DNA of 64,000 nucleotides from Octopus bimaculoides (taxonomy: Eukaryota): assembly GCF_001194135.2 (NCBI RefSeq), contig NC_068994.1, forward strand, positions 16,455,406-16,519,405. The letters are read 5' to 3'. The translations under genes were made by a program, and so were the position numbers. Below, piece after piece: positions 13,159-25,300 of the stretch. Under the pieces are notes generated by a model that was not told where the DNA came from, did no database searches, and saw nothing but the letters and a program-made list of their open reading frames with translations. Within the stretch, counting starts at the first letter, position 1. Each line of letters opens with the position of its first letter.

Positions 13159-14303
13159 AAGTATTCAGTACTGTTACACTTTGTTTTAGGTAAGTGTAAC
13201 AGTTGTTACATACCTCAAACTGATTTACCAACCTAATGTTCTATACAGTTCTATACAGTTCTAGGTTAACTTCTCCCTATTGTTTACTATTATCATCATT
13301 TTGGTATGTGTGTTTAGATGCTGTGTGCAGTATTAACTCAGTAGATGTTAGTTTTGGCACAAAAATTATTACTGTACGATCAGAGGTGCTAATTCTATTT
13401 GACTTAATTTGCTTCTTGGCAGCTTTTAGTAGAGTGAACTGGGTGTATTTGTTGTGCACCAGTATTAGGGATGCTGCATAAGTGAGATGAAACACTATCT
13501 TTGTATCAGTTCTATTTTAGTATTTAAGATGCTGGTCATGACAGCTTAAAACATCTCCTTAACTCTTGTTTTTCTGTTAGCAAAGTTACTTAACACACTG
13601 TAATTTAACCCCTCCATTCCTGGCATAACACCACCTCCCCTTCTCAAATATTCCTGTGCCATTTCCAAAAGAAAACTTAATCAATGGGGCTTTATCTTCT
13701 TTTTATTTTTTATTTTTTTGTTCTCTCTTGGAAGTTACTTGGGAATGTTACTGGTGCCAGTGGCATGAGAAAAACACTCAGTACACTCTATAAGACAGTT
13801 AGCATTGGGAAGGGTATCTAACCATAGAAACCATGCCAAAGCTGACATTGGAGCTCAATGCAGCCCTGTGGCTCACCGCATCCTGTCAAGGTTCCCAGCC
13901 CTTGCCAATATGGAAAAATAACATTAAATGGCAATGTCAGCATTTTTTATAACAGTCAATCAGAAGAAAAGTGGTAGTGTCCATAATGCATGGTGAAGGA
14001 GGTCTTTCATGCTGGTGAGTTTAATGCAGATTCATGATTTATGTGTTTACAAACGCAAAACACACAGGCAGGACTGGAATGGACACAGAACAAAGGGTTT
14101 CTTTCCCCAGAATAACCAAGGCAGGTGAAATATTGTAACCAAAGAAACTCGTCATATTGAAGAGGAGGAACAAACAACTAAGGCAGTGGGATTAGGCAGT
14201 CAATGCCAATGCAAATAGGAAACAAGAGAGAGTAAAAGGGGTTAGTATAGAGCAGGTTGTGAAAAATAGAATCAACAAGGTTGTGATTCCTCCTGAAAGC
14301 AGT

Positions 14304-14683
14304 TGTTGTTGGCACTCTGTCGATTACGTCGAGGGTTCCAGTTGATCCGATCAACGGAACAGCCTGCTCGTGAAATTAACGTGCAAGTGGCTGAGCACTC
14401 CACAGACACGTGTACCCTTAACATGGTTCTCGGGGATATTCAGCGTGACACAGTGTGACAAGGCTGACCCTTTGAATTACAGGCACAACAGAAACAGGAA
14501 GAAAGAGTGAGAGAAAGTTGTGGTGAAAGAGTACAGCAGGGTTCGCCATCATCCCCTGCCGGAGCCTCGTGGGGCTTTAGGTGTTTTCACTCAATAAACA
14601 CTCACAACGCCCGGTCTGGGAATCGAAACTGCGATCCTATGACCACGACTCCGCTGCCCTAACCACTGGGTCATTGTGCCTCC
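14304..14683 (-). mobile_element. Young tRNA-derived SINE (family C, CAA-type tail)
   Basis: Head GGAGGC.CAATG.CCCAGTGGTTAGGGCAGC on the minus strand. TSD CTGAAAGCAGT at 14293-14303 and 14687-14697. Confidence 0.85.
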
Positions 14684-17469
14684 ATTCTGAAAGCAGTATA
14701 CAATATGCTTCCATCATCAGTCAATATTAAATGATGGAACAAGGCAACAAGCTGGCAGAATCATTACCACGCCGGTCAGAATGCTTAGCAGCATTTCTTA
14801 TGACTTTATGTTGTGAGTTCAAATGCTGCCATGTTCAACTCTGCCTTTCATCCTTTCAGGGTCAATAAAATAAGTACCAGTTGAGCACTGGGGTTGATGT
14901 AATTGACTTAGCCCCCCTCCTCTGAAATTGCTGGCCTTGTGCCAAAATTTGAAACCAATATTAAATGATGGAACTTGAGTGATACTTGACTGCCATTGAT
15001 GCAAAGATTATGCTTTGGTGATATGCAAGTCCTTTGTCTGACAGACCAGTATCCCATTCATGGTGATGGGGGTGTGCTGTAATCTAAGTCATTTATACAC
15101 TATGGAACCCAGGTTAAACTTCAGCTTTGAATTCTGGGTCTTGTTACAGACTTAATCTAAATCCCCCCTTGTAGATTATACCTTATTACATCAGGTCGCT
15201 CTTGAGTGCTACTGGTAATATGTCACCCAGTACAAACCTGTTGCATGGCTGGGTCATCAGCAACTAAACCAGTAATCTCACCAAGCTTGTTTGGTGAGGA
15301 AGGTGATTTATTGGACATCCTGTGGAATGAGAAACAAAGCCTGGCAAAGGAAGTCAACAGCCATTCAATAATATATAAAGGTGTATGGCCTAGGGGTTAG
15401 AGTGTTGCACTTGCGATTGCAAAATCATGGTTTTGATTCCCAGGTCAATGTACATTGTGTTCTTGAGGAAAACACTTCATTTCACATTGCTCCAGTTAAC
15501 TCTGCTTTAAATGAGTAACCTTGTGACAGATTGGTATATAAGGGTGAGATGGTGACTCGAGAAAATCATTCAAAGAGGTCTCATGAGCTACGTTTTGTAT
15601 TCAGCAATGGACAGGATGAATAGTACATCCTGTACTATGAATCCCAGCTGGTCGGGATTAGTTGCTCAACATCGAAGGACGGTAATGGTGATACGTTATG
15701 CCTTAACCAAAGCCTTGTGAGTGGATTTAGCTGATGGAAACTGAAAGAAGCCCCCCCTATATGTGTGTGTGTGTGTGTGTGTATTTATGTGTGAATGTCT
15801 TTGTGTTTGCCACCACCCCCATCACCTGACAACTGATTTTGGTGTCTTTATGTGCCCATAACTTAGTGGTTCAGCAAAAGAATCTAATACAATAAGTTCT
15901 AGGCTTACAATGAATAAGTCTTAGGGTTGATTTCTTCAACTAAAATTGCTGTACGAGATGACAGCGGATCGAGATATGCAGTGCATTGCTGTACTCAAGA
16001 TGTACCCACCACAACAGAATTAAGATTCTAAGTAAGGCAGTGAGCTGGCAGAAACATAGGCACGCCGGGCGAAATACTTAGCGGTATTTCGTCTGCTGTT
16101 ATGTTCTGAGTTCAAATTCCGCCAAGGTCGACTTTACCTTTCATCCTTTTGAGGTCAATAAAATAAGTACCAGTTACGCACTGGGGTCGATGTAATCGAC
16201 TTAAGCCCTTTGTTTGTCCCCTCTATGTTTAGCCCCTTGTGGGCAATAAAGAAATTAGAATTAAGATTCTAAAACCAAGGTGCCACATAAAAAGCATTGG
16301 TGTGGGTGCTGGTGCCACAAATAAAAGCACCCAGTGCACTCTATGGAGTGGCTGGCATTAGGAAGGGCATCCAGACATAGAATCCAAGCCAGAACAGACT
16401 ATGGAACTTGGTGTGGCCCTTGGCCTTGCCATTCAACCCATGCCAACATGGAAAGCAGGTATTAAATGTTGTTGTTAATGATGATGTTATAGTATTAGTA
16501 ATTAGACAGCATGTCTAGGAAGTTATTGTGCTTATGTTATGCAATGCATTTATAGATTATGTAAGGAAACATCCATAAAATATTTATTACTTACAGTGTG
16601 TTATACCCTGTCCAAACTATTTTTTTAATTTTTCTCGATATTTGTGTTGTCATGACAACGACTATTTTACTTACATTCTTACATTTTAAAATTCTCTTTG
16701 ATATTCTTCAATTTGCCAAGCTTAGCCAGCTTCATATGTCCTAACAATGACTTTCACATACTTGAAATTACTTAGCGTCAGCAACTAGGATAATGCAAGC
16801 TAAGAGAAATTTTTAATTGGGTCATCAATCATGACAAGCTAATGTGATCAATAAAGAAAGCAAGAAAAGAGATTCAATAGTCTTTAAATCATAGAAATTG
16901 CAAGAATAACTCAAATACATTTGGCTTTTTTGACAGTGATTGTTTATAAACATGAAATGCTGTAGACAGTCTTTTTAGCTTATCTTGACAACAGAAGCTT
17001 CTAGAATCACTTTATACTTAACAAATAGATGTTTGAGTTTATATGATATCTTACTAATTATCACTTTTGTTTTTATTTTTATTCAGAATTGCATAAGAAA
17101 TCTTATACAGGTATGATGTGTGGTAAGAGGCTTGCTTCCAAACCACATGATTTCAGGTTCAGCCCCACTGTTTTACCTTGGGCAAGTGTCTTCCACTGTA
17201 GCTCCTCACAGTCATGTCTATATGGCATACTTATATCTATTTGTTTTATATATATTATAAGGCAGTGCCCCAGTATGGTCGCAGTCTAATACTGAAACAA
17301 GTAAAAGATATATATATATAATTTATATAAGGGCATTATGTGTATATATATATATATATATATATTATGTATATATATATATCCACTTCCAGTCACTTCA
17401 GAAATGTAACCACACAAGGACTGTTGGCAATTTTCCCTAATTTTGCTTTCTTTCTCTTTGGACTTTTCT

Positions 17470-17505
17470 CTTTCTGATGAAGAGCTATGCTCGAAACATT
17501 AACAA
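17470..17505 (+). ncRNA. Minimal hammerhead core (degenerate stems I and III) in a TA-flanked repeat
   Basis: CTGATGA-A-GAGC-TAT-GCTC-GAAAC, the minimal form typical of Penelope-like element and retrozyme hammerheads. Confidence 0.5.
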
Positions 17506-17601
17506 CTCTCTCCTTTTACCAAGCGTCAAATTAATATATTGCTTGTGCACATCCCCATGTTCATTTTTCTCTCAGTTTTTTAACTGTTTGTTCTTCGGAT
17601 T

Positions 17602-17637
<36 letters not shown>

Positions 17638-17754
17638 CATGATATGATAAAAATTCGATATTAATTAATATCAATTTAATACCAGGAAACTAGCACATTA
17701 GAAGAATCAGAAGGTTCAGGAAAAAAACTTTTCGAGATCCTAAAAGGATTATAG

Positions 17755-17966
17755 TACTTGTGTATATAAGATTGACCAGTAACTGGTCTGTCAATATGCT
17801 AGAAGAAGATCACTTAAAAAATTCTCAAATAAGGATTCAGCGGAGCAAAAACAGGTAGGTCTCGCCCGCCTGTTTTTGCTCCGCTGAATCCTTATTTGAG
17901 AATTTTTTAAGTGATCTTCTTCTAGCATATTGACAGACCAGTTACTGGTCAATCTTATATACACAA

Positions 17967-17969
<3 letters not shown>
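17755..17969. repeat. Perfect 101-bp inverted repeat with a 13-nt loop
   Basis: 17755-17855 is the exact reverse complement of 17869-17969 (checked base by base). Confidence 0.95.
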
Positions 17970-18005
<36 letters not shown>

Positions 18006-18128
18006 CACATATATACATATACACACATATTGTATTTAGTTATGAGAATAAAGAAAATAATAATAATTATAGTTTCTAGCTGATATATTGAATGTAAATT
18101 TAATTAACTAAATCTTTCTCTCTGTGTT

Positions 18129-18166
<38 letters not shown>

Positions 18167-18649
18167 CACACACATAGAGAAGGATTTAGTTAATTGAATT
18201 TACAGTCAATTTATCAGCTAGAAACTTATAATTTTCTATATAGGTTAGTATATTAAGGTGTCTGCTTGAAATAATCCCAATACCTTAGGAGTGAGTCCTG
18301 TCTCAATTTACCGCTGGTAACTTAGTATTTATTACTACCCTTGCCAGTAACAAGCAACTTTTGTATTGAGATGTGATATATTATTGTGGTATATTATTAG
18401 CTGAAGTCTTAACTCTATAATCTAGGTTAGAAGATAATCAGAAGCCTTTCCTCAAAGAAGCTTTATATAGATTCAATTACACTAAATTCTTAAAAGAAAT
18501 ATCATCAAAATGGGACACCTGTCTCCCACTTTATTGTTTGGTTAATTTTTTTCTCACCTTACAAAAATGCTTTACTTTCTCTCATACACCTGTCTGCATT
18601 GTTTAATTTGTTGTTCTTTATTTTTCTCTCACTTTTACCTGTCAGCTGT

Positions 18650-19718
18650 CACTTACAGCATTTCATCCTGCTTCAGGTTCTGAGTTCAAATAACACCCAA
18701 ATCAAGTTTGCCTTTAATCCTTTCAGAGTTGATAAAATAAATAGCAGTTAAGCACTGGGGTTGGTGTAATCAACTAGCCCCCTACCCCTAAAATTTCATG
18801 CCATGTACCTGTAGTACAAAACATTATTATTATTATTAAGGTGGCAAACTGGCAAAATTGTTAGCATACCAGGCAAAATGCTGAACATATTTCATCCGTC
18901 CTTACAATCTGAGTTCAAATTCCACCAAGGTCAACTTTTGCCTTTCATCCTTCCTGGATCAATGAAATAAGTACATGTTGAACACTGGGATCAATGTGAT
19001 CAACTTACTCTCACTCCCAAAATTGCTGGCCTTGTGTCAAAATTTGAAACCATTATTGGTATTATTATTATTAATATTGAGGCGGCGAGCTGGCAGAATC
19101 ATTAGCACGCTGGATGAAATACTTAATGGTATTTCGTCTGCCGCTACATTCTTAGTTCAAATTCTACTGAGGTCAACTTTGCCTTTCATCCTTTTGGGGT
19201 TGATTAAATAAGTACCAGTTGTACACTGGGGTCAATGTAATCGACTTAATCCCCTCCTCCAAGCTGCCCTTGTGGCAAAACTTTGAAAACATTTTTCATC
19301 TGCCGCTACGTTCTGAGTTCAAATTCTGCTGAGGTCAACTTTGCTTTTCATCCTTTCGGAGTCAATAAATTAAGTACCAGTGAAATACTGGAGTCGATGT
19401 AACCAACTAGTTCCCTCCCACGAAATTTCAGGCCTTGTGCTTTTAGTAGAAAGGATTATTATTATTAAACAAGCTGGCAGAATTGTTAGCACACTGGACA
19501 AAATGCTTAGCGGTATTTCACCCATCACTACATTCTCATACAGTTCTATATTTAAGAGATGAGGAATTATGTACATTATTTACATTTGATGGATATTTGT
19601 CCTCATCTTGTTTGTTGTTAACACGTTTTCAGCTGATATACCCTCCAGCCTTCATCAGGTGTCTTGGGGAAATTTCAAACCTGAGTTCTCGTTCCTAAGA
19701 TATTTTTCGATGTTGTTG

Positions 19719-19772
<54 letters not shown>

Positions 19773-20256
19773 TCACTGCCTGGAATCAAACTCAAATATC
19801 TGTCAAACGTAAATAATGTACTATGTTCTCAGTTCAAATTCCACCAAGGTTGACTCTGCCTTTCATCCTTTTGGGTCAATAGATTAAGTACCAGTTGCAT
19901 ACTGATTGATCTAATCAGCTGGCCCCCTCCCCCAAAATTTCAGGCTTTGTGCCTATAGTAGAAAGGATTATTATTATTATTGAGGTGGCGAGCTGGCAGA
20001 ATCGTTAGCACACCGGGCAAAATGCTTAGCAGCATCTTGTCCGAGTTCAGTCTGAGTTCAAATTCTTGTCCGAGTTCAGTCTGAGTTCAAATTCTTGTCC
20101 GAGTTACAGTCTGAGTTCAAACTCCACCGAGGTCAACTTTGTCTTTCATCCTTTTGGGGTTAGTCGATAAATTAAGTACCAGTGAAACATTAGGGTTGAT
20201 GTAATCGACTAGTCCCCTCCCCCAAAATTTCAGGTTTTGTGCCTATAGTAGAAAGG

Positions 20257-20337
<81 letters not shown>
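18650..20337 (+). mobile_element. Second head-to-tail array (6-7 full or partial copies) of the same CORE-like SINE
   Basis: Same unit and ATT tails. Dispersed copies also occur at about 3430, 5840(-), 14750, 16035, 25545, 32940, 43135(-), 48075, 48650, 50920(-) and 63900(-). Confidence 0.85.
19537..19821 (-). mobile_element. Hammerhead-bearing, Penelope/retrozyme-like non-autonomous element inserted into a SINE
   Basis: Minus strand GACAC-CTGATGA-A-GGCTG-N10-CAGCT-GAAA..GTGTT at 19620-19663. About 29-bp inverted repeats near both ends (GTACATTATTTACATTTGATGGATATTTG / CAAATATCTGTCAAACGTAAATAATGTAC). It splits a SINE just before the B box. Confidence 0.5.
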
Positions 20338-20870
20338 GAGTGAGAGAGCAATGCATGCCATCATAGTGACTCTGGGATGCAAATATACAAAGCTCAATAC
20401 ACTCGTTATGACTACCCATCTGATAAGAGTACACCAGGCATATGTATCACAACTATATGTGTGCAATATGATGACCTCGTATCAAGATAAACAGTGCATG
20501 ACCTTGCAGGTGAGGCCCTGTTAGAATTTTCTTCAGGTTGAGTAGCTCATCTTACTCAAAAGATCCCTGAATGAGGGTTGTTTAAGGATAATGAACAAAA
20601 TACCCGTGTTTCCAGAGGGGAATTATTCAAACCCCAAAGAATTCCTCTCAGCACATGGTTATGATGCTTCCCCACTGCTCATGATCAGAGATGCACATAT
20701 CGTCAGCCACTAAGTGACATGCTCCACTGGTTAAGGTGATACAGCTGACAAGCAAATCTGTGGTATTGAGCAGAATATTTGCTATAGCCTATCTTTTTAT
20801 ACCAAGACAAAACAATGTACATGATGACACTTCCAATCAGTTAAGATCAGAAACTTTGAGAGCCACTACC
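20338..20870 (-). mobile_element. About 530-bp interspersed element with an (AAT)n tail (family D)
   Basis: Reverse complement of 63353-63869 along its whole length. Confidence 0.75.
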
Positions 20871-20977
20871 TTCATTGCATTTACTACTACTACTATTACT
20901 ACTATTCATTTCTTTCTTTCTTTAGCAGGTTCTGCAGTAGTTTTTTTAATTCATCCGTTCTCAAATAATCTTTCAAA

Positions 20978-21002
20978 ATGATGCAAGAAGCTGCCTCTTC
21001 TG
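20978..21002 (+). CDS. ADISSP: C20orf27/ADISSP (UPF0687) homologue, first coding exon (MMQEAASS+G); the exon starts at about 20929, so an upstream non-coding exon is implied
   Basis: Acceptor TTTAGCAG ends at 20928. ATG ATG lies at 20978 after CAAA. A strong donor G|GTAAGT at 21002/21003 is in phase 1 and joins the next exon in frame (G+AC = Asp). Confidence 0.7.
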
Positions 21003-22298
21003 GTAAGTTACGAGCTGCCTGTTCTGTTAATTTACTGCTTTCGAACTGTACATGTTCATTTGTGTTTGCGTGTATTCTTCTTCTTTTTTTTTTTTTTACT
21101 GTTGTCAGTCTTTGGCCCACCATACACCCGTCCCATGCTTCTCATACACTGCACCAGCTTTTCTTCCCCCATCTTATTCCTGCAGCCTACCCACCAACAT
21201 GTTATCTCTCTTTCGTACCCACCATGTTTACTGCTTCATCATTTCTGTTCTGCTGCCCTGAACTCTCAAGACATCTCCTACATCACACTCTCACTCATGA
21301 TATCTCATCGTTATTTATATCACTTTCCAATTCCACATGTCCTCTCTCTCTCTCTCTTCTAAAATGTGAATAGCCATGTTCCCATCTATACAGCAAGAAA
21401 CCTGTTCTTTCTGCTCTTGCCCTTTCTCTCATACCTTACCCCCCTCTCTCCTTATCCTCCTAGCATAAAGTTCCTCCTCCCTACTCAGAGTCCATAGTCT
21501 TGCAAGCTGCATGACAACCTCACTAGTGCTGGTGACATGAAAAAAAGCACTCAGTAGATTCTGTAAAGTGATTCTCCTCAGGGAAATGTATGAAAACCAG
21601 CTTAAACGTAAGACATTATAACCGAGTATATAATGTTATAATGTCTTATGTTTAAGCTGGTTTTCATACATTTCCCTGAGAAGTTTACATTTTTAACATC
21701 GCCGATTCCTATGGATCGCATAAATTGTAATTCTTTGAAACATATGTCAGAATAAAAGTATGCAGTTATAACATGCATTTACTCCATTCTTTAAATTTAT
21801 ATATATATATATATATATATNNNNNNNNNNNNNNNNNNNNNNNNNNNNNNNNNNNNNNNNNNNNNNNNNNNNNNNNNNNNNNNNNNNNNNNNNNNNNNNN
21901 NNNNNNNNNNNNNNNNNNNNNNNNNNNNNNNNNNNNNNNNNNNNNNNNNNNNNNNNNNNNNNNNNNNNNNNNNNNNNNNNNNNNNNNNNNNNNNNNNNNN
22001 NNNNNNNNNNNNNNNNNNNNNNNNNNNNNNNNNNNNNNNNNNNNNNNNNNNNNNNNNNNNNNNNNNNNNNNNNNNNNNNNNNNNNNNNNNNNNNNNNNNN
22101 NNNNNNNNNNNNNNNNNNNNNNNNNNNNNNNNNNNNNNNNNNNNNNNNNNNNNNNNNNNNNNNNNNNNNNNNNNNNNNNNNNNNNNNNNNNNNNNNNNNN
22201 NNNNNNNNNNNNNNNNNNNNNNNNNNNNNNNNNNNNNNNNNNNNNNNNNNNNNNNNNNNNNNNNNNNNNNNNNNNNNNNAAACACCCCACCTCTTTTG

Positions 22299-22346
<48 letters not shown>

Positions 22347-25300
22347 GAGTGTGATTTCAAATTCAGTCCCACCATAGTTCCAGGCTGACCAAATCCTTGC
22401 AAGTGAATTTGGAGGATCAAAACTGAAAGAACTCTGTTTTGTATGTATGCGTATGTGTGTAGTCCAAAATGAAAGCTTATCTGAGCTTCTTGACATGTTG
22501 TGTGATCTTTGTAATCAAGTCTTGTTCTGACGTCATTTGTTTTCCAGTTCTCAATGTAAGCCTGTCCAAGGTGTACAATAGACTGTGTGGTTGCTACTCA
22601 CTTTGAAATGGGTGGGGGTTGACAGCAAGGAATGGCATCCAATAGTAGAAAATTCTGTCCCTAACATTCTCGTCAGATCCATGCAAGCATAGAAAAATTG
22701 ACATCACAATGATAATGATAATGTATACATGTGCTTGTTTGTCTCCTTGTCTTGACATTGTGTGATAGTTATTAGCAAACTTCGCCCTTGTACAAGCAGT
22801 GTTGTTTATTTGCAATAATGTCTGTAAAAACATGTCCACACATATGCTACTTCTGTACAGAGGACGAAGGGAAATATCACCTTCCTTAGAAACAAGTGAG
22901 GCTTAGTGAAAGAAAGGGCCTCCTCCTATAGAAACTCTGCCTCTACAAATCCTGTCTGACATGGGCAAGCATGGAAAGCAAACATTAAAGTGATTTTATA
23001 TGTGTGTGTGAGTATGCACCATGTGTGTGCCAGTGAAGGCACATGGCTTAGTGGTCAGGGTATTCAACTCATGATTGTAAGGTCATGAGTTCAATACCCA
23101 GTCTTTGAGCAAGACACTTTATTTTTTTGTTTTGCTCCAGTCCACTCGGGTGGCAAAAAATGAGTTGTGCCTGTAATTCAAAGGGCCAGCCTTGTCGCAT
23201 TCTATGTCATGCTGAATCTCCCTGAGAACTGCATTAAGGGTATGTGTGTCTGTGGAGTGCTCAGCCACTTGCACATTAATTTCACAAGCAGGCTGTTCCA
23301 TTGATCAAATTAACTAGAACCCTTGTCATTGTAAACAACAGAGTACCACATTATTGAGGGAGGGGGATAAGTCTATCATATGTGCACACAATAGACTTCC
23401 ACAAACTTCCTATTTACCAAATTTTAACCACAAAGCATTTGTCAACTCAAGGTTATGGTGGAGAACATTTGCCCAAGGCATTTTGTAATGAGATTAACTA
23501 CATTTTGTTAATGTATTTCTGCCAGCTCACCACACTGCTTTTGTTTCATTTAATTTTGCTAGTAATAAAGAATAAATAATTTTGTCATTATTAGGCATGT
23601 GTTTAAAACATAATGTCAAGACGAGATGTGACTGTCGCTTCCCAACCACATGGTTCTGAGTTCAGTCCCACTGTGTGACACCTTGGGCAAATGTCTTCTA
23701 TTATAGCCTCGGGCCAACCAAAGCCCTGTAAGTGGATTTGGTATACAGAAACTGAAGGAAACCCNNNNNNNNNNNNNNNNNNNNNNNNNNNNNNNNNNNN
23801 NNNNNNNNNNNNNNNNNNNNNNNNNNNNNNNNNNNNNNNNNNNNNNNNNNNNNNNNNNNNNNNNNNNNNNNNNNNNNNNNNNNNNNNNNNNNNNNNNNNN
23901 NNNNNNNNNNNNNNNNNNNNNNNNNNNNNNNNNNNNNNNNNNNNNNNNNNNNNNNNNNNNNNNTATGACTTCCACTAAGCCTGTGAATTGCTAAGTCATA
24001 TCCTACTACATGTGTTGGATTGTCTGTGTCTGAAAAAGCAGTCAGTTTAATTTGATTGAGAAAATGAATAGCAACGCTTTACTAGACAACATAAACCTAA
24101 ATGGTTCAGAAAGAAATGCCAGTCTTATGAATTATAAACATTTGTCTTTTACTTCTTTCATTTATTGAACTGTGGCTGTGTTGGAACATAGCTTTAAGGG
24201 TTTTAGTTTAGTAGTTCTTAACCTTTTTTTTTTTTTTTACCTACACACCACTTTGATTACTATTTTATTCAGGTGGACACCCCCATAACCATTTGATTTT
24301 TAAAAAACTAGTTTTTCTAGATACTCCTTTCAATATTCTTGTTTTGTTTTGCTCCCAGTCACTTGTGTAGGTTTGCAATAGTGCTCTTTAAAAGACTGCA
24401 TTTCAGTGGTTGGAAATATGTTGAACTATGTTAAGCGTTAGAGAAAGAAACAATAAATACATCTAAAGCAAAGTTTTTATTCCTTAACCCCCTAAAATAC
24501 TTATATGGACCTCTGGTTGAGAACCACTAGTTTAGTTGAATAAATCAACAACAGTATTTCTTTTATTCTTTAACATCTGGTACTTATTCTATCAGTCACT
24601 TTTACTGAACCACTAAGTTATGAAGAACAAACAAACACTGCTTATCATGGAATGGTGGAGGACAAACACAAAGGTGCATGTGTGCACACACACACATGTA
24701 TATATATATATATATACATATATGACAGGCCGATGCCGGTGTCTTGTAACTGGCACCCATGCCAGTGGCACGTAAAAGCACCCTTCAAACATTGGGCCTC
24801 ATGGAGGCAATGATAAGTGACTGAGACCTTTGGCAATATGCCATGCTTGAGATGACCCATCAAACCAAGTGAAATCGTAGTTATGGCCAATGCCAGTGGC
24901 ACATAAAAAGCACCCATTACACTTTTGGAGCGGTTGGTATTAGGAAGGGCATCAAGTTGTAGAAGCCAAGCCAAATCTGATTGAAACCCGGTGTAGTTCT
25001 CCAGCTTACCAGTTTCAGTCAAAGTGTCTAACCCATGCCTGCATGGAAAGCAGACGCTAAATGCTGATGATGATGACAAGCTTCTTTCAGTTTCCATCTA
25101 CCAAATCTACTCTCAAGGCTTTACTCAGCCTAACGCTATAGTAGAAGACACATGCCCAAGGTACCTTGGAGTGGGACTGAATCTAAGGCCAAATGGTCAT
25201 ACCTGAAAAGAACTTTTTTCTTTTTCGCAGTGTTTGAATTATTAATAGGCCAAGGAAATGATTGTTTGTAATTGTGTCAGTTGCTAAGGTACTTCATTTA

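Noticed and set aside
13277-13495. Possible minus-strand terminal exon (acceptor-like TTATGCAG followed by a short frame IPNTGAQQIHPVHSTKSCQEAN*)
   Set aside because: No partner exon or homology found by eye. Could be chance.
20978-21373. 131-aa ORF starting at the ADISSP ATG
   Set aside because: Read-through into the intron past a strong GTAAGT donor. The spliced frame gives a recognisable protein.
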